This document shows positions 44,601 to 54,561 of a DNA stretch of 64,000 bases, in pieces. Below the pieces are notes generated by a model. That model had not been told where the DNA came from. It did not search any database and saw only the letters and a program-made list of their open reading frames with translations. The position numbers were made by a program, and so were the translations under genes. This DNA comes from a virus, in the IMG/VR virus record IMGVR_UViG_3300046517_002960, positions 1-64,000 of that record. One strand, written 5' to 3'. Position 1 is the first letter of the stretch, and every line of letters starts with the position of its first letter.

Positions 44601-44867
44601 TGGCTGGACAGCCAGGACCAGCTGTACCACGTGACCCCGTGGGGCGTCCCCGCGGATGACGCGGGCTGGCACGACACCACCGCCATCACGGCGGCCGTGC
44701 ACGGCACCCAGGCCGACGTCACGGACGGCGACGCCATCTGGACCGTGACCACGGGCCAGCCGTTCGTGCTGTCCGGCAACCCGCAGGTGATCTACCGTGT
44801 CCTGCGGGACGGCACCATCCAGTCGGTGCCCGCATCGCACGGCATCAAGATCCGGCATCACCTCTAG
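41609..44867 (+). CDS. hypothetical ORFs (41609-42049, 42042-42491, 42488-42901, 43261-43464, 43466-43780, 43777-44049, 44052-44867)
   Basis: coupled ORFs; 43261 and 44052 have TM segments. Confidence 0.6.
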
Positions 44868-44894
44868 CAGCCAGACCAAGAACAGGAGACAGCA

Positions 44895-46934
44895 ATGCCA
44901 GCCATCATCGCGGGCCTGCTCGCCGGGGTCATCCTCGGCCTCGTCAGCGCCGGCCTCTCGCTCATCAGGTCGAAGGGCGAAGGCGGCACGTCCGCCGCCG
45001 TCAACTTCTTCGGCAACCTGATCATCACCGGCCTGGTCATCACCTGGCCGTTCACCGGGTACCTCCAGATGCGGGCGACGCTGTTCGGCGTCCTGCCGCT
45101 GGTCTTCCTCGATCTGGTCCTCGCGATGATCATCGCGTGGTGCGCGGACGGCGCCGCCCACGGGCTGTCCGCCGCCTCTATCGTCATGATCGTGGCGGTA
45201 ATCGCGTCCGGGCTGACCTGGGTCAAGATGGACTACGGCCCGCATGACGCGAAGAAGGCGGCGAACATCGTCCAGGTCACCTGCGAGTACGGCAGCGGCC
45301 ACCCGGGCAAGCCCGCTCCGGGGTGCCCGAATGCGTACTCCGGGTCCGGCGACACGCTGCCGGCCAGCTCCACCGACCACCTGGTGATCGTCACCCCGGA
45401 CCAGGCCGCCACCCGGGCGTCGCAGGCGATGTCCTCGGGCATCGCGGCGACCCGCAACTACGCCACCTACACCAACCTCGGGCCGGCCACGCTGCAGCGG
45501 GTGGACGGGCAGATGTGGTACGTCTTCCAGCTCGAGTACGACGGCGCGGGCAACAAGCAGCGGCTGCACGGCGTCGTGCCCGGCTACGTCATGATCAGCG
45601 CCGAGGACCCGAACGCCGAACCGGTAGAGCGGTACGACGGGAACTACACCATGATCGTGTCGCTGGCTGGCGGGCAGGGCTCCGAGCCGCTGCGCTACGT
45701 CCGCGACCACATGGCCGGCGGCACGGGCGTCATCCTGGCGGACCCGACCCTGGAGATCGCCGACAGCAACACCCCGGGAGTCCCGGCCGGCACGCCGTTC
45801 TTCACGGTCACCATCCTCGAACCGCAGCTCGGGCAGACCTTCATGGCGCCGACCGGCGTCGCGCTGGTCAACGCGCACACCGGGCAGATCACCCGGTACG
45901 ACCTGCCGGGCCACGGGCCGAACCAGCTCTCGGCGCACGCGCCGTGGGTCGACCGGGTCTACAGCGCGGACATGGCCGAGCAGATCGCCAACTGGTGGGG
46001 CCGGTACGCCCAGGCCGGCTGGGGCGGCATCGGGTCCACCAACGCCAACCGTTTCGTGGTCTCCGACACCCCGGTCCTGACGTACACCGGGGACGAGAAC
46101 CCCAGCTGGAGAATGCTGCTCACCTCCATGAACTCCGAGACCTCGGTCTACCGGATCGTGGAGTTCGACTCGGCGACCGGCGCGATGCGGATCTACAAGC
46201 CGGCGTTCCCGATGGGGATCGAGTCCAACGTCGCGCAGGCGTTCTGCAACGCGCAGGGCGTAGGCGCGGGGAACGTCAAGTCGAACCACCTGGTGCCGGA
46301 GCACCTGAGCCTGCACGTCATCGACGGCGAGCTGGTCTGGATGGCCAGCTACGAGTCGTCCAAGGGCAACGGCGCCACTGACGCCAGCGCCTCGGCCCAG
46401 CAGGAAGGCGACAACGGCGACCCGTGCGGCAACGGCGAGGCGCCGGCCGACAACCCCACCTTCACCGGGGTCGGCTTCGTGCCGGCCTACCAGGCCACCG
46501 CGTCCAACGCCGTGTTCGGCAACACCCGGCAGGCGGCCCTGACCAACCTGTTCACCGGGATCGCCCAGCAGGGCAGCGGCAACGGGGCCAACCCCAGCTC
46601 GGGCGCGGTGCAGGTCACCGTGGCCGGGACGCTGTGCGGCAAGGCGTCCGACGTCTCCGGCGGGAACCAGGTGTACTACCTGACCCTGTGCGGGGCGAGC
46701 GGCAAGCCGGACAACAGCAAGGTCTTCACCGCGACCAGCGCGACCGGCCCGGCCGTGGTGCTGTCCCAGCCCGGCGACAAAGTCGTGCTGAAGGTGCTCA
46801 AGGCGACCGCCAGCAACAGCCAGCAGCAGGTCCAGGGGTTCAGCGACGCGCAGCACCCGGTCGGCCAGGGCGGGGGAACCGCTCCCGCGGCGGCGGCGTC
46901 CGCTCCAGCTGCACCGTCACCGGCTAGCAGCTGA
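44895..46934 (+). CDS. large membrane-anchored protein (four N-terminal TM segments, large soluble domain)
   Basis: 679 aa, AACAGGAG RBS; hydrophobic N-terminus; PWVDRVY...WWGRY motif. Confidence 0.8.
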   Translation: MPAIIAGLLAGVILGLVSAGLSLIRSKGEGGTSAAVNFFGNLIITGLVITWPFTGYLQMRATLFGVLPLVFLDLVLAMIIAWCADGAAHGLSAASIVMIVAVIASGLTWVKMDYGPHDAKKAANIVQVTCEYGSGHPGKPAPGCPNAYSGSGDTLPASSTDHLVIVTPDQAATRASQAMSSGIAATRNYATYTNLGPATLQRVDGQMWYVFQLEYDGAGNKQRLHGVVPGYVMISAEDPNAEPVERYDGNYTMIVSLAGGQGSEPLRYVRDHMAGGTGVILADPTLEIADSNTPGVPAGTPFFTVTILEPQLGQTFMAPTGVALVNAHTGQITRYDLPGHGPNQLSAHAPWVDRVYSADMAEQIANWWGRYAQAGWGGIGSTNANRFVVSDTPVLTYTGDENPSWRMLLTSMNSETSVYRIVEFDSATGAMRIYKPAFPMGIESNVAQAFCNAQGVGAGNVKSNHLVPEHLSLHVIDGELVWMASYESSKGNGATDASASAQQEGDNGDPCGNGEAPADNPTFTGVGFVPAYQATASNAVFGNTRQAALTNLFTGIAQQGSGNGANPSSGAVQVTVAGTLCGKASDVSGGNQVYYLTLCGASGKPDNSKVFTATSATGPAVVLSQPGDKVVLKVLKATASNSQQQVQGFSDAQHPVGQGGGTAPAAAASAPAAPSPASS

Positions 46935-46956
46935 CAACCTAGCGCTCTGGCTGAGC

Positions 46957-47053
46957 GCCCCGGCAGGGCGGCCATCCTCCGTCCTGCCGGGGCTGCGGCC
47001 GGTGCGCCACCAGAACCGTACACGGCCGGGACCGGCGTAACCGCGGGTTCCGG
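46957..47053 (+). ncRNA. structured intergenic motif, copy B
   Basis: same two-hairpin architecture and conserved words as 27191-27278. Confidence 0.5.
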
Positions 47054-47075
47054 CACCAGGCAGGAGGAAAGATTC

Positions 47076-47826
47076 ATGAATCAGGAAACCATCAACGCCA
47101 TCGCGAAGGACGCAGCGGAACTAGGCCGTCAGCTGTACGCCGAAGGCGTCACTGACACTGACACCCAGGCGCGGATCATCGCCGGGGCGATGCCCGTGAT
47201 GGCGGAGCACGAGATCGCCGTGCACGCGATCACGGAACGCGCCCAGGGCAAGCGATACGGGCCGCGGGAGCCGGACGCCAGCCCCTCTGGCACCGCAGCG
47301 CGGCTCGGCTGCTGAGCATGGACGCCACCGACCCGGCCGAGGCCGCCGCGAACGACGTGCGGGCCGCGCTGCACCTGCCCGGCGCGATCAGGGGCTGGTC
47401 ACCGCGTAGCCAGGTACGGCTGCCCAGGAGCACGGCCGAGCGGGTGAAGTGGCTGCTGGCCTACGCGGACTGGCTCCGGCAGGAAGCGGGCAGCCAGGGC
47501 GGGCAGCCGGAAGACCGGCAGCAGCACCAGGCCCGCGAGCTCCACGGCACCTTCGGCCGCACGCTGGAAGACCCGGACGCCGGTAACGGCCCGCCGCCGT
47601 GAGCAGGAAGGAGTCAGGAATGGGCGAAGCCCGGGAATGGGAACGGCGGCGCGCGGCGCTAGCGGCAGGCGAGCCGTGGGACGAGAGCACTGCCGTCTCG
47701 GTGAACGGCACCGCGCTGTACGGCGCGGAAGCACAGGCGACCATCGCCAGCGGCGCGGCGGTGCACTGCGGCACCTGCTCCAGCCCGCATCAGAAGGTCT
47801 GCCACGACAATCCGCACCCGCGGTAG
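47076..47826 (+). CDS. hypothetical ORFs (47076-47315, 47318-47602, 47599-47826)
   Basis: RBS and overlaps. Confidence 0.55.
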
Positions 47827-47842
47827 AGCTGAGCAGCACGGC

Positions 47843-48264
47843 TCACCACGGCCTGCCTGCCCCGGCGTCCGGCTCCGGCCGGGGCGGGGCGGGCGCGCCC
47901 TTGTGCGCTTCGATCCACTCGCCGATGATCCGCCGGGCGCGGGCCACGCTGTACCCGCCACGGAGCTGGTTGCAGTACACCGGCCGGCCCGCGGCGGGCG
48001 TGCACACCGGGCAGGGGTTGAGACGCCGCCCGGCGCCGTGCGCGGGCCGGATGTTGCGCAGGTCCCAGGCCAGGTCCGGTCGGTCAGCCACCGACTCGAG
48101 ATGGTCCGCCTGAACAGCGCCCCCATGGCCGCAAATATGGCAGACCCCGCCATGGTGCGAGACCGCGTACTTCGCGAACCGGTCCCACCTAATCTGGTGC
48201 CCTTGGTCGGCGCCACGCCATCCGGCTCACGCCGCGGGCTGCGCGGCAGCGGAACGTCGGGCAA
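47843..48264 (-). pseudogene. HNH endonuclease (actinophage terminase-associated type) with a frame break near the 5' end
   Basis: RWDRFAKYAVSHHGGVCHICGHGGAVQADHLESVADRPDLAWDLRNIRPAHG...CPVC...CNQLRG; the GGAGG/TTG start at 48264 is in another frame. Confidence 0.7.
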
Positions 48265-48367
48265 TCACATCACCTCCCCTGCTCTCACGGTAAAATGCAA
48301 GCAGGAAATGCTGCCGGGAACCGCTGGAACGGCCCCGGCAGCGCGAGTCAAATGGAGTGACCCGCCA

Positions 48368-48946
48368 ATGGCTGAGCCTACCAAGCGTTGCTCCCGCTGC
48401 AGGCAGGACAAATCGACGCTGACAGCCTTCTCCAGGAACCGGTCGAGGCCTGATGGGCTCTGCAGCCAATGCAAAGCCTGCGCCCGGCTTCCAGCCCAGG
48501 GCATATGGGGCAGGAGCGCCAGTCACAGTCGCCATCCGCTGTTCCGCATCTGGACAAGCATGCTCGATCGGTGCGAGAACCCGGCTCATCATGCGTATGC
48601 CCGGTACGGCGGCCGGGGCATCTCCGTCTGCAAGCGGTGGCACGACTTCGCTGCTTTCCGGGATGACATCGAATCGCATATCGGACCACGGCCAGCCAGA
48701 AAGACCCTGGATCGCTACCCGGACAACGACGGCAACTACGAGCTCGGGAACGTGCGCTGGGCGACAAAACAAGAGCAGGCAGACGGCCAGACCCGCAACG
48801 GCGGCCTTACCCGGAATCAGATAAACGCGCGGCGTGAGCAGGTTCGCGTAATGCTCGCCGCAGGCAGCACGTACCGGCAGATAGCGGACACGCTAAAACT
48901 GGGTGTCCGCACAGTCCGCAACGACGCTAGTAAGGCTGGCAAGTAG
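48368..48946 (+). CDS. HNH homing endonuclease with N-terminal Zn finger and C-terminal HTH
   Basis: CSRC...CSQC; YGGRGISVCKRW...TLDRYPDNDGNYELGNVRWAT; lower GC. Confidence 0.85.
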   Translation: MAEPTKRCSRCRQDKSTLTAFSRNRSRPDGLCSQCKACARLPAQGIWGRSASHSRHPLFRIWTSMLDRCENPAHHAYARYGGRGISVCKRWHDFAAFRDDIESHIGPRPARKTLDRYPDNDGNYELGNVRWATKQEQADGQTRNGGLTRNQINARREQVRVMLAAGSTYRQIADTLKLGVRTVRNDASKAGK

Positions 48947-49046
48947 AGCGCGACCCCTTCGTCGGCGGCACGCCGTCCGGCTCGCGGCGCGGGCTGCGCG
49001 GCAGCGGGACGCTCATACTCAAGACGATAACGACAGGAGGCAGCTC

Positions 49047-50087
49047 ATGAAACGTGCCTGGTTCGCCGGCACGGACGGCACCTACTACCGGAACTGCCCG
49101 CTGATCATGGCCGAGCAGCAGCGCTGCCTGCGGCGGCCGTGGCGGTACCGGCTGTTCTGGCAGCTGGACGCCGAATGGCACGAGGTCTTCCGCCAGGGCG
49201 TCAAGCGGAAGGACCGGCTCGGCCGCGGCGACGTGCTCGTGCAGCCACGGCCGTTCCGCGAGGCCTACCCGGACAAGCCGGGCCTCTGGCAGCTGGACGA
49301 GTACCGGTAGCGAGAACAGGAGACAGATCATGGACGACGACCTGCCCGCGGTACACCTGGCGCGCCCGCACGAGATCCAGCTGCGCAGCCGCATCCTGGA
49401 CGGCGGCAAGCTGCGCGAAGTGACCTCCACCGCACGGGTAGCCGGCACGTCCCGGGCCTGGGAGATCTACACGCGCTGGAACGGCCGTCCCAAGGTGATC
49501 AAGCTGCGGCCGGACGACCTGGCTGCCGTCACGGACCCCTACGAGTAACAAGAGGCACACATGAGCACCACCGAGATCCCGGACCTGATCCAGCGCGGCA
49601 CCGTGGGGCCGGTCACCTACTACGCGGACCCGGATGCCCTGGACCGGTACGCGCTCTGGATCCGGGTGATCCGCTGCGGCGGCGAGTTCCGGGTCACCGT
49701 GTTCCGGCTGGACCTCGAGCTGCGCGCGTTCGACTACCTGCCCCGCGAGGCAGTGCCGGACGGGCCGCTGGACGCGGCCACGGTGACACAGCTGGCCCGC
49801 GAGGCGCTGGGCGGGCAGGCATGACGACGGGCCTGGGATACCGCTGGGGCACCAGCGGGTGGCTGATCGACCCGGTGCTGTACCGGATCCTCCTGTTCAG
49901 CGCATGGACCGGCAATGAGGCGTACCTTTTCACGGACCCGCACGTCCGGGCCTGGGTAGCGGTGCCGCTCACGGTGGGCCTGACAGCGCTGACCGGGGTC
50001 TGGGTGCTCCTGCCGCTGCTCGCCTGGGCACGGGCTTACCTGCACCGGGGGCACCCTCGCCGGCGGCTGCAGGACGGCCCGCGGTGA
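49047..50087 (+). CDS. hypothetical ORFs (49047-49310, 49330-49548, 49561-49824, 49821-50087)
   Basis: RBSs; last one is hydrophobic. Confidence 0.6.
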
Positions 50088-50599
50088 GGGGCATCACCCC
50101 GGCGGTGCTGCTGGAAGACCCGAAGTACCCGCATAACGTCGGGATCGCGTTCCGCGCCTGCGCGCTGCTCGGCGTGGCACAGCTGTGGTACACCGGCACC
50201 CGGGGCGAGAGCGCCTGGCGGGAGCTGCGGCGGCTGCCGCGCGAGGAGCGGATGCCCCGGTACACGGCCCGGACCGAGCTGATCGCCGCGCCGGGCCGGT
50301 GGACAGGCGAGTTCCCGCCGGGCACCGTGCCGGTCGCGGTGGAGGTCAGCCCCACGGCGGAGGACCTGACCTGGTTCGAGCACCCGCAGGACGCGGTGTA
50401 CGTGTTCGGGCCGGAGGACGGGTCGCTGTCCAAGGGCACCCGGTCGGCGTGCCACCGGTTCGTGACCCTGCCGAGCGACGGGCCGCTGAACCTGGCCGTC
50501 GCGGTCGGCGCGGTGCTGATGGACCGGCGCGTCAAGGCGATCGCGGCCGGGCGGGAGGAGTCCCGGGGCGCCTACAAGCGCGTCCGGTCCATCGTCTGA
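50084..50599 (+). CDS. TrmH/SpoU-family (SPOUT) RNA methyltransferase
   Basis: LLEDPKYPHNVGIAFRAC; VYVFGPEDGSL; FVTLP...LNLAVAVGAVL. Confidence 0.88.
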   Translation: MRGITPAVLLEDPKYPHNVGIAFRACALLGVAQLWYTGTRGESAWRELRRLPREERMPRYTARTELIAAPGRWTGEFPPGTVPVAVEVSPTAEDLTWFEHPQDAVYVFGPEDGSLSKGTRSACHRFVTLPSDGPLNLAVAVGAVLMDRRVKAIAAGREESRGAYKRVRSIV

Positions 50600-50627
50600 A
50601 CCGGAAACGAGAACAGGAGACAGCTAC

Positions 50628-52582
50628 ATGTTCAGCATGGAGATCCCCGGCACGAACGGTAACACGCTGGTCGTCCAGAGCGACGGCCCCGGCCAGGTCA
50701 CGGTCAGCGTCCTCGGCCCGCGGGGCGGCGAGCTCGGCAGCGCTGCCCTGACCGAGCGTACGGCGGCCCAGGCGGCGACCGCGCTCATGCACGCCTACCA
50801 GGGCCGCTGGACCAGCACGCCAGTCCGGGAGAACGGCACGGGCCTTCCCGGGGGCAGCCGGCTCACGTACTTCGACTACCGCAAGGCCTGGTTCGGCAGC
50901 AGCGAGCGGACGATCGGCATCGCCGCGGCCGTCAGCGAGGCTGGCGGCGGCGATGCCTGGAATTTCGAGGTGGCCGAGGTGAACCTGGGCCAGTACGGCA
51001 CCGCGCTGCAGGTGCGGGTGTTCGATGACGGGTTCGCCGCGTTCGCCGAGCTGCCGGAGTTCTTCGCTGCCCTGGCGGCAGGCGGCCCGGAGACCCTGGA
51101 CGGCGTCGTGGTGCTGCTGGAGGACCTGGGGGCGGCTGACCGGACTGCCACCGAGCCGCCGTACCCGCCAGAGGCGGACCCGGTGGAGAAAGCGGCGGCG
51201 GTCATCCGGAACCACCCCTCCGGGACCCGGGACCGCAAGCAGGCCCTGGCCGTGGCGGCGGCGGTGCTGGCCGAGCTCGGGCTGAGCCCGTGAGCGCTGC
51301 GCCGCGGATGGAGGACAGCTGCCCGCACCAGCCCCGGCTGGCGTACTGCGATGCCTGCTCGTCGGTGCCGCGGATGTCCCGGTGGGCGGTAACGCTGACC
51401 GGGTACCAGCTAGCCGATGCGCTCGAGACCATCGACCGCGAGCCCCGCTACTACCAGCCGCCAGAACGCAAGGCGGTCCTCATCGAGGCCGCCCGGCGGC
51501 TGCGGCCGTAAGACAGCGACGAGAACAGGAGAACGATCATGGCAGTTACCCAGCACCGGACCGGGTTCTTCCTGACCGGGGACCTGGCCGTGAGACTCAC
51601 GGTCTTCGACCACCACTGCCCGCAGGTCCCGGACAGCGCCTGGGAGGCGTTCGAGCGCGGCTGGCGGCACGCGCACGGCAGCGACGTACCCGGCGGCGGC
51701 ACGATCACCGGGTACGTGACCGGCCACGCAGGCTGGACCTGGGACACCACGTTCACGGACGGCACCGTCGTCATCGGCGACCCGGACGGGCCGCTGTCCC
51801 TGGAAAGCGAGCCAGCCGGGCCGGGAGGCTGCCGCATCGTCTTCTGGGACGACGGGACGCCGTACGACACCGGGCTGCGGGTCTGGGAGGGCGAGGCAGG
51901 CATCATCGCCGCGCTGCTGCGCGAGCACAAGGACAGCTGAGGGAGCAGGAGAACGACCATGACAAGCACGATCTACCTCTACGAGGACAACGCCGGCGGG
52001 CTGCACGCGCGCAAGGACGACGGCCCGGTCTGGGACTTCGGCACCTGCGGCGCCATCACTGGCCCGGAACCCCGGATGTTCCTGCCCGACGCGCTCGCCT
52101 GGCTGAAGGGCGACTGGGAGCCCGGCGAGAACGACGGCCAGCACACCTGCGGCGACACCGAGCCTGCCGAGGGGAACAAGCTGATCGCCACCTGCGACGA
52201 CGAGCGCGTCACCGTGATCCGGGAGCACGGCGAGCCGGTCGCGGGCGGGTCCGGCCGCGCCTACCTCGGCCCCGAGCTGCTGGCGCTCCCCCCGGAGCAG
52301 GCCCCGAAGCGGCAGTGCTACTGGGTCCCGGAGGAGCAGTTCGATGACGAGGGCTGGATCCCCTCGCTGGTGACCGAGGGCGAGCCGGGCCATGACCCGT
52401 TCACCGGCAAAGGCCCGTGCGCCAGCCCGTGGCACTGGGGACGGACCCTGGACGAAGCGCGGGCGACCGCGGCGCGGATGAACGAGCAGGACTTTCACCT
52501 CTCGGAGCAGGACGTGCTGGAGATCAGGCTGTCGTCCATAGCGGCGCACCTGGCCGCGGGAGGCGAGCGCAGGTACAGCTGA
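50628..52582 (+). CDS. hypothetical ORFs (50628-51293, 51290-51511, 51539-51940, 51959-52582)
   Basis: AACAGGAG/GCAGGAG RBSs; end of the + strand run. Confidence 0.65.
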
Positions 52583-52751
52583 GCACGCTCACCACCCGCG
52601 ACCGGACAGCGCAGGCCAGGCCCCCGTGCAGGTCCAGGCCGGCCCGGTCACGGGCGGAGGGCGGGCCGGCGGGTTGCCCCCCGGGCCTGAGCAGCGCCAG
52701 CAGCCCTGGTCCCGGGTTCCCGGGGCACTCGGCCGGCCGTCCCTCCGCCTG

Positions 52752-53468
52752 TCACGGCGCGGTCCACCAGTCCAGCCGCATGACCTTCTCCGTGGCCAGC
52801 CCGGCCGGAATGCGGCGGCCGTCCGGACCGGGCAGCCACACCCGGGCGCAGGCATTGATCACCACGTCGTCGCTGCAGTACGGCCAGGTCCACAGCGGCT
52901 CCCGGGTCATCCCCAGCGGCTCGAGCACCGCGCCCAGCGGCGCCCCGGTCTCCTCCAGGGCGCGCAGCGCGTCCGCGCCGCCCGGGCAGTCCCGGACCCG
53001 GCCGGGGATGACCAGCGAGGTAACCCGGGCGCACAGCCGGCTGCCGCGGGCGGTGCGCAGCTCGCCGCGGCGCCGCAGCGCCAGTATCCGGCCGTCCAGG
53101 TGCGTGACCAGGTGCTTGCGCTCGCCCGCCGTCATCGGCGTGGTGCCGTCCCGCACCACCCGGGCAGTGACCGGCTCGCCGGCGTACTCCCCGGCCAGGT
53201 TCGTGAACAGCTCCCCGGCGGCCATCCGGCGGACCAGGGCGCCCACGGGGCTGACGTCGTGCTCGTCCGGGAGCAGGGTGGGCAGGCCCCCCGGCGGCCC
53301 CGGCAGGCGCTCGTCCAGGGCACGGGTGATGCCCGCCACCTTGGCGGCGTCCGGGGCGTCGGCGTCGGCGATGCGCCGGATGACGGCGATGACGTCGAAG
53401 AACGTGCCGAGCAGGGACAGGTCGGGGGGCAGGTCAAGGCCGGCGGAGGGCGCGGGTGTCTGCTGCAT
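52752..53468 (-). CDS. possible chorismate-lyase (UbiC)-like protein
   Basis: RRGELR...CARVTSLVIPGR...APLGAVLEPLGMTRE resembles UbiC/UTRA-fold proteins; weak. Confidence 0.4.
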   Translation of the reverse strand: MQQTPAPSAGLDLPPDLSLLGTFFDVIAVIRRIADADAPDAAKVAGITRALDERLPGPPGGLPTLLPDEHDVSPVGALVRRMAAGELFTNLAGEYAGEPVTARVVRDGTTPMTAGERKHLVTHLDGRILALRRRGELRTARGSRLCARVTSLVIPGRVRDCPGGADALRALEETGAPLGAVLEPLGMTREPLWTWPYCSDDVVINACARVWLPGPDGRRIPAGLATEKVMRLDWWTAP

Positions 53469-53573
53469 GAACCGAAAGTAGTCCCGCGGTCACGCAAAAG
53501 CGATCAGCAGAGCGTAGTTTTTTCACGCTCAGTAGCACGCCGGTTACAATGCGGAGGCTCAGAGGTGCGGCCG

Positions 53574-54470
53574 TCAGAACCGCCCGCCCAGCTTCGCCCA
53601 GCTCCAGCAAACCGGGCTGACCGCCGTGGTATAGCAGCACATCGCGCCCTCGGCGTTGACGTAGATGACCCGCATCCGGTCGTTCGCCGGGTCGTACGCG
53701 ATGCCCGCGCCGCCCCGCGCACCGGACTGGCCCGGGTCAGCCGCCGCCCAGGAGCCGTCCCCGATCTTCACGTTGACCTGGCCGTTACCCTCCCAGACGC
53801 CGACATGCCAGGGCCGCCCGGACCCGTCGAACGCGACGTCCGCGGCGTACGTGCTCCCGGCTGCGCTGGCTGCCCCGGATGGCCGTGGCCACTGGCCGTG
53901 ATCCGTAGTCCAGGCCTCGTCGTCATCGATCGTCCCGCCGCACATGGCGAAGTCGTACTTGACCTGCCGTAGCTGGGCGCGGGGTTCCCACATCCCCTCG
54001 CTCCAGCTACGGCACTGCCACGCGTAGGTGATCCGGCCCGCATCGAGCTGCCGCTTGCAGAACGAGTCGTCGCCGTACCCGCCGGCCCGGGCCTTGCCGA
54101 TGACCGACTTCACCCCGTCGAAGTACGCGTCGACCAGGGCCTTCTGATCCGGGGCCATGACCTCGAAATCCTGGTCGCAGCTGAAGTACAGCGGGATGCC
54201 GCGCAGGCCCAGGCCGTTCGCGAAGCTGTCCGCGGCCCGCGCGTCGGCCTGACCGCCGGAGTAGCCCCGGGATGTCTGGGTCTTGCCGTCCTGGTGCACG
54301 ATGCACACGCTCATGCCCAGCGACATCAGCTTGTCGAGTTCGGCCTTCGACAGGTTCTTCGTCGGATCGCTGGAGCTGTACCGGCAGGCAAACGTGTACC
54401 CGGCGTTCTTCATGCAGTTCAGGTCGGGGCGGGACCACGAGTAGTCGCAGCCCCTGGCTACCAGCGGCAT
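53574..54470 (-). CDS. DUF1906 (Rv2525c-like) glycoside hydrolase, putative endolysin
   Basis: GCDYSW...GYTFACRY...KNLSKAE...PLYFSCD...AGGYG...YAWQCRSWS...QLRQ. Confidence 0.85.
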   Translation of the reverse strand: MPLVARGCDYSWSRPDLNCMKNAGYTFACRYSSSDPTKNLSKAELDKLMSLGMSVCIVHQDGKTQTSRGYSGGQADARAADSFANGLGLRGIPLYFSCDQDFEVMAPDQKALVDAYFDGVKSVIGKARAGGYGDDSFCKRQLDAGRITYAWQCRSWSEGMWEPRAQLRQVKYDFAMCGGTIDDDEAWTTDHGQWPRPSGAASAAGSTYAADVAFDGSGRPWHVGVWEGNGQVNVKIGDGSWAAADPGQSGARGGAGIAYDPANDRMRVIYVNAEGAMCCYTTAVSPVCWSWAKLGGRF

Positions 54471-54561
54471 GCCGGGCTCCTCCGCACGAGGGGGGATTTC
54501 CCGGCTCCCGATTCTCCGGCTGACCGGAGGAAGGCCGCGGGCTCCAGCCCCAGCGTAGCCC

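Noticed and set aside
43662-46856. 1064-aa minus-strand ORF and similar long antisense ORFs (e.g. 7916-8953, 54641-56500, 62197-63237)
   Set aside because: Shadow frames of high-GC genes on the opposite strand; no RBS or recognisable motifs
48195-48950. Group I intron around the + strand HNH
   Set aside because: No recognisable P7/R/S core or suitable U-G splice junctions on either strand; the duplicated exon-like segment fits a free-standing insertion better
52583-52751. Bidirectional terminator at the convergence of the two gene blocks
   Set aside because: GC-rich inverted repeats exist, but I could not define a convincing single hairpin or U tract
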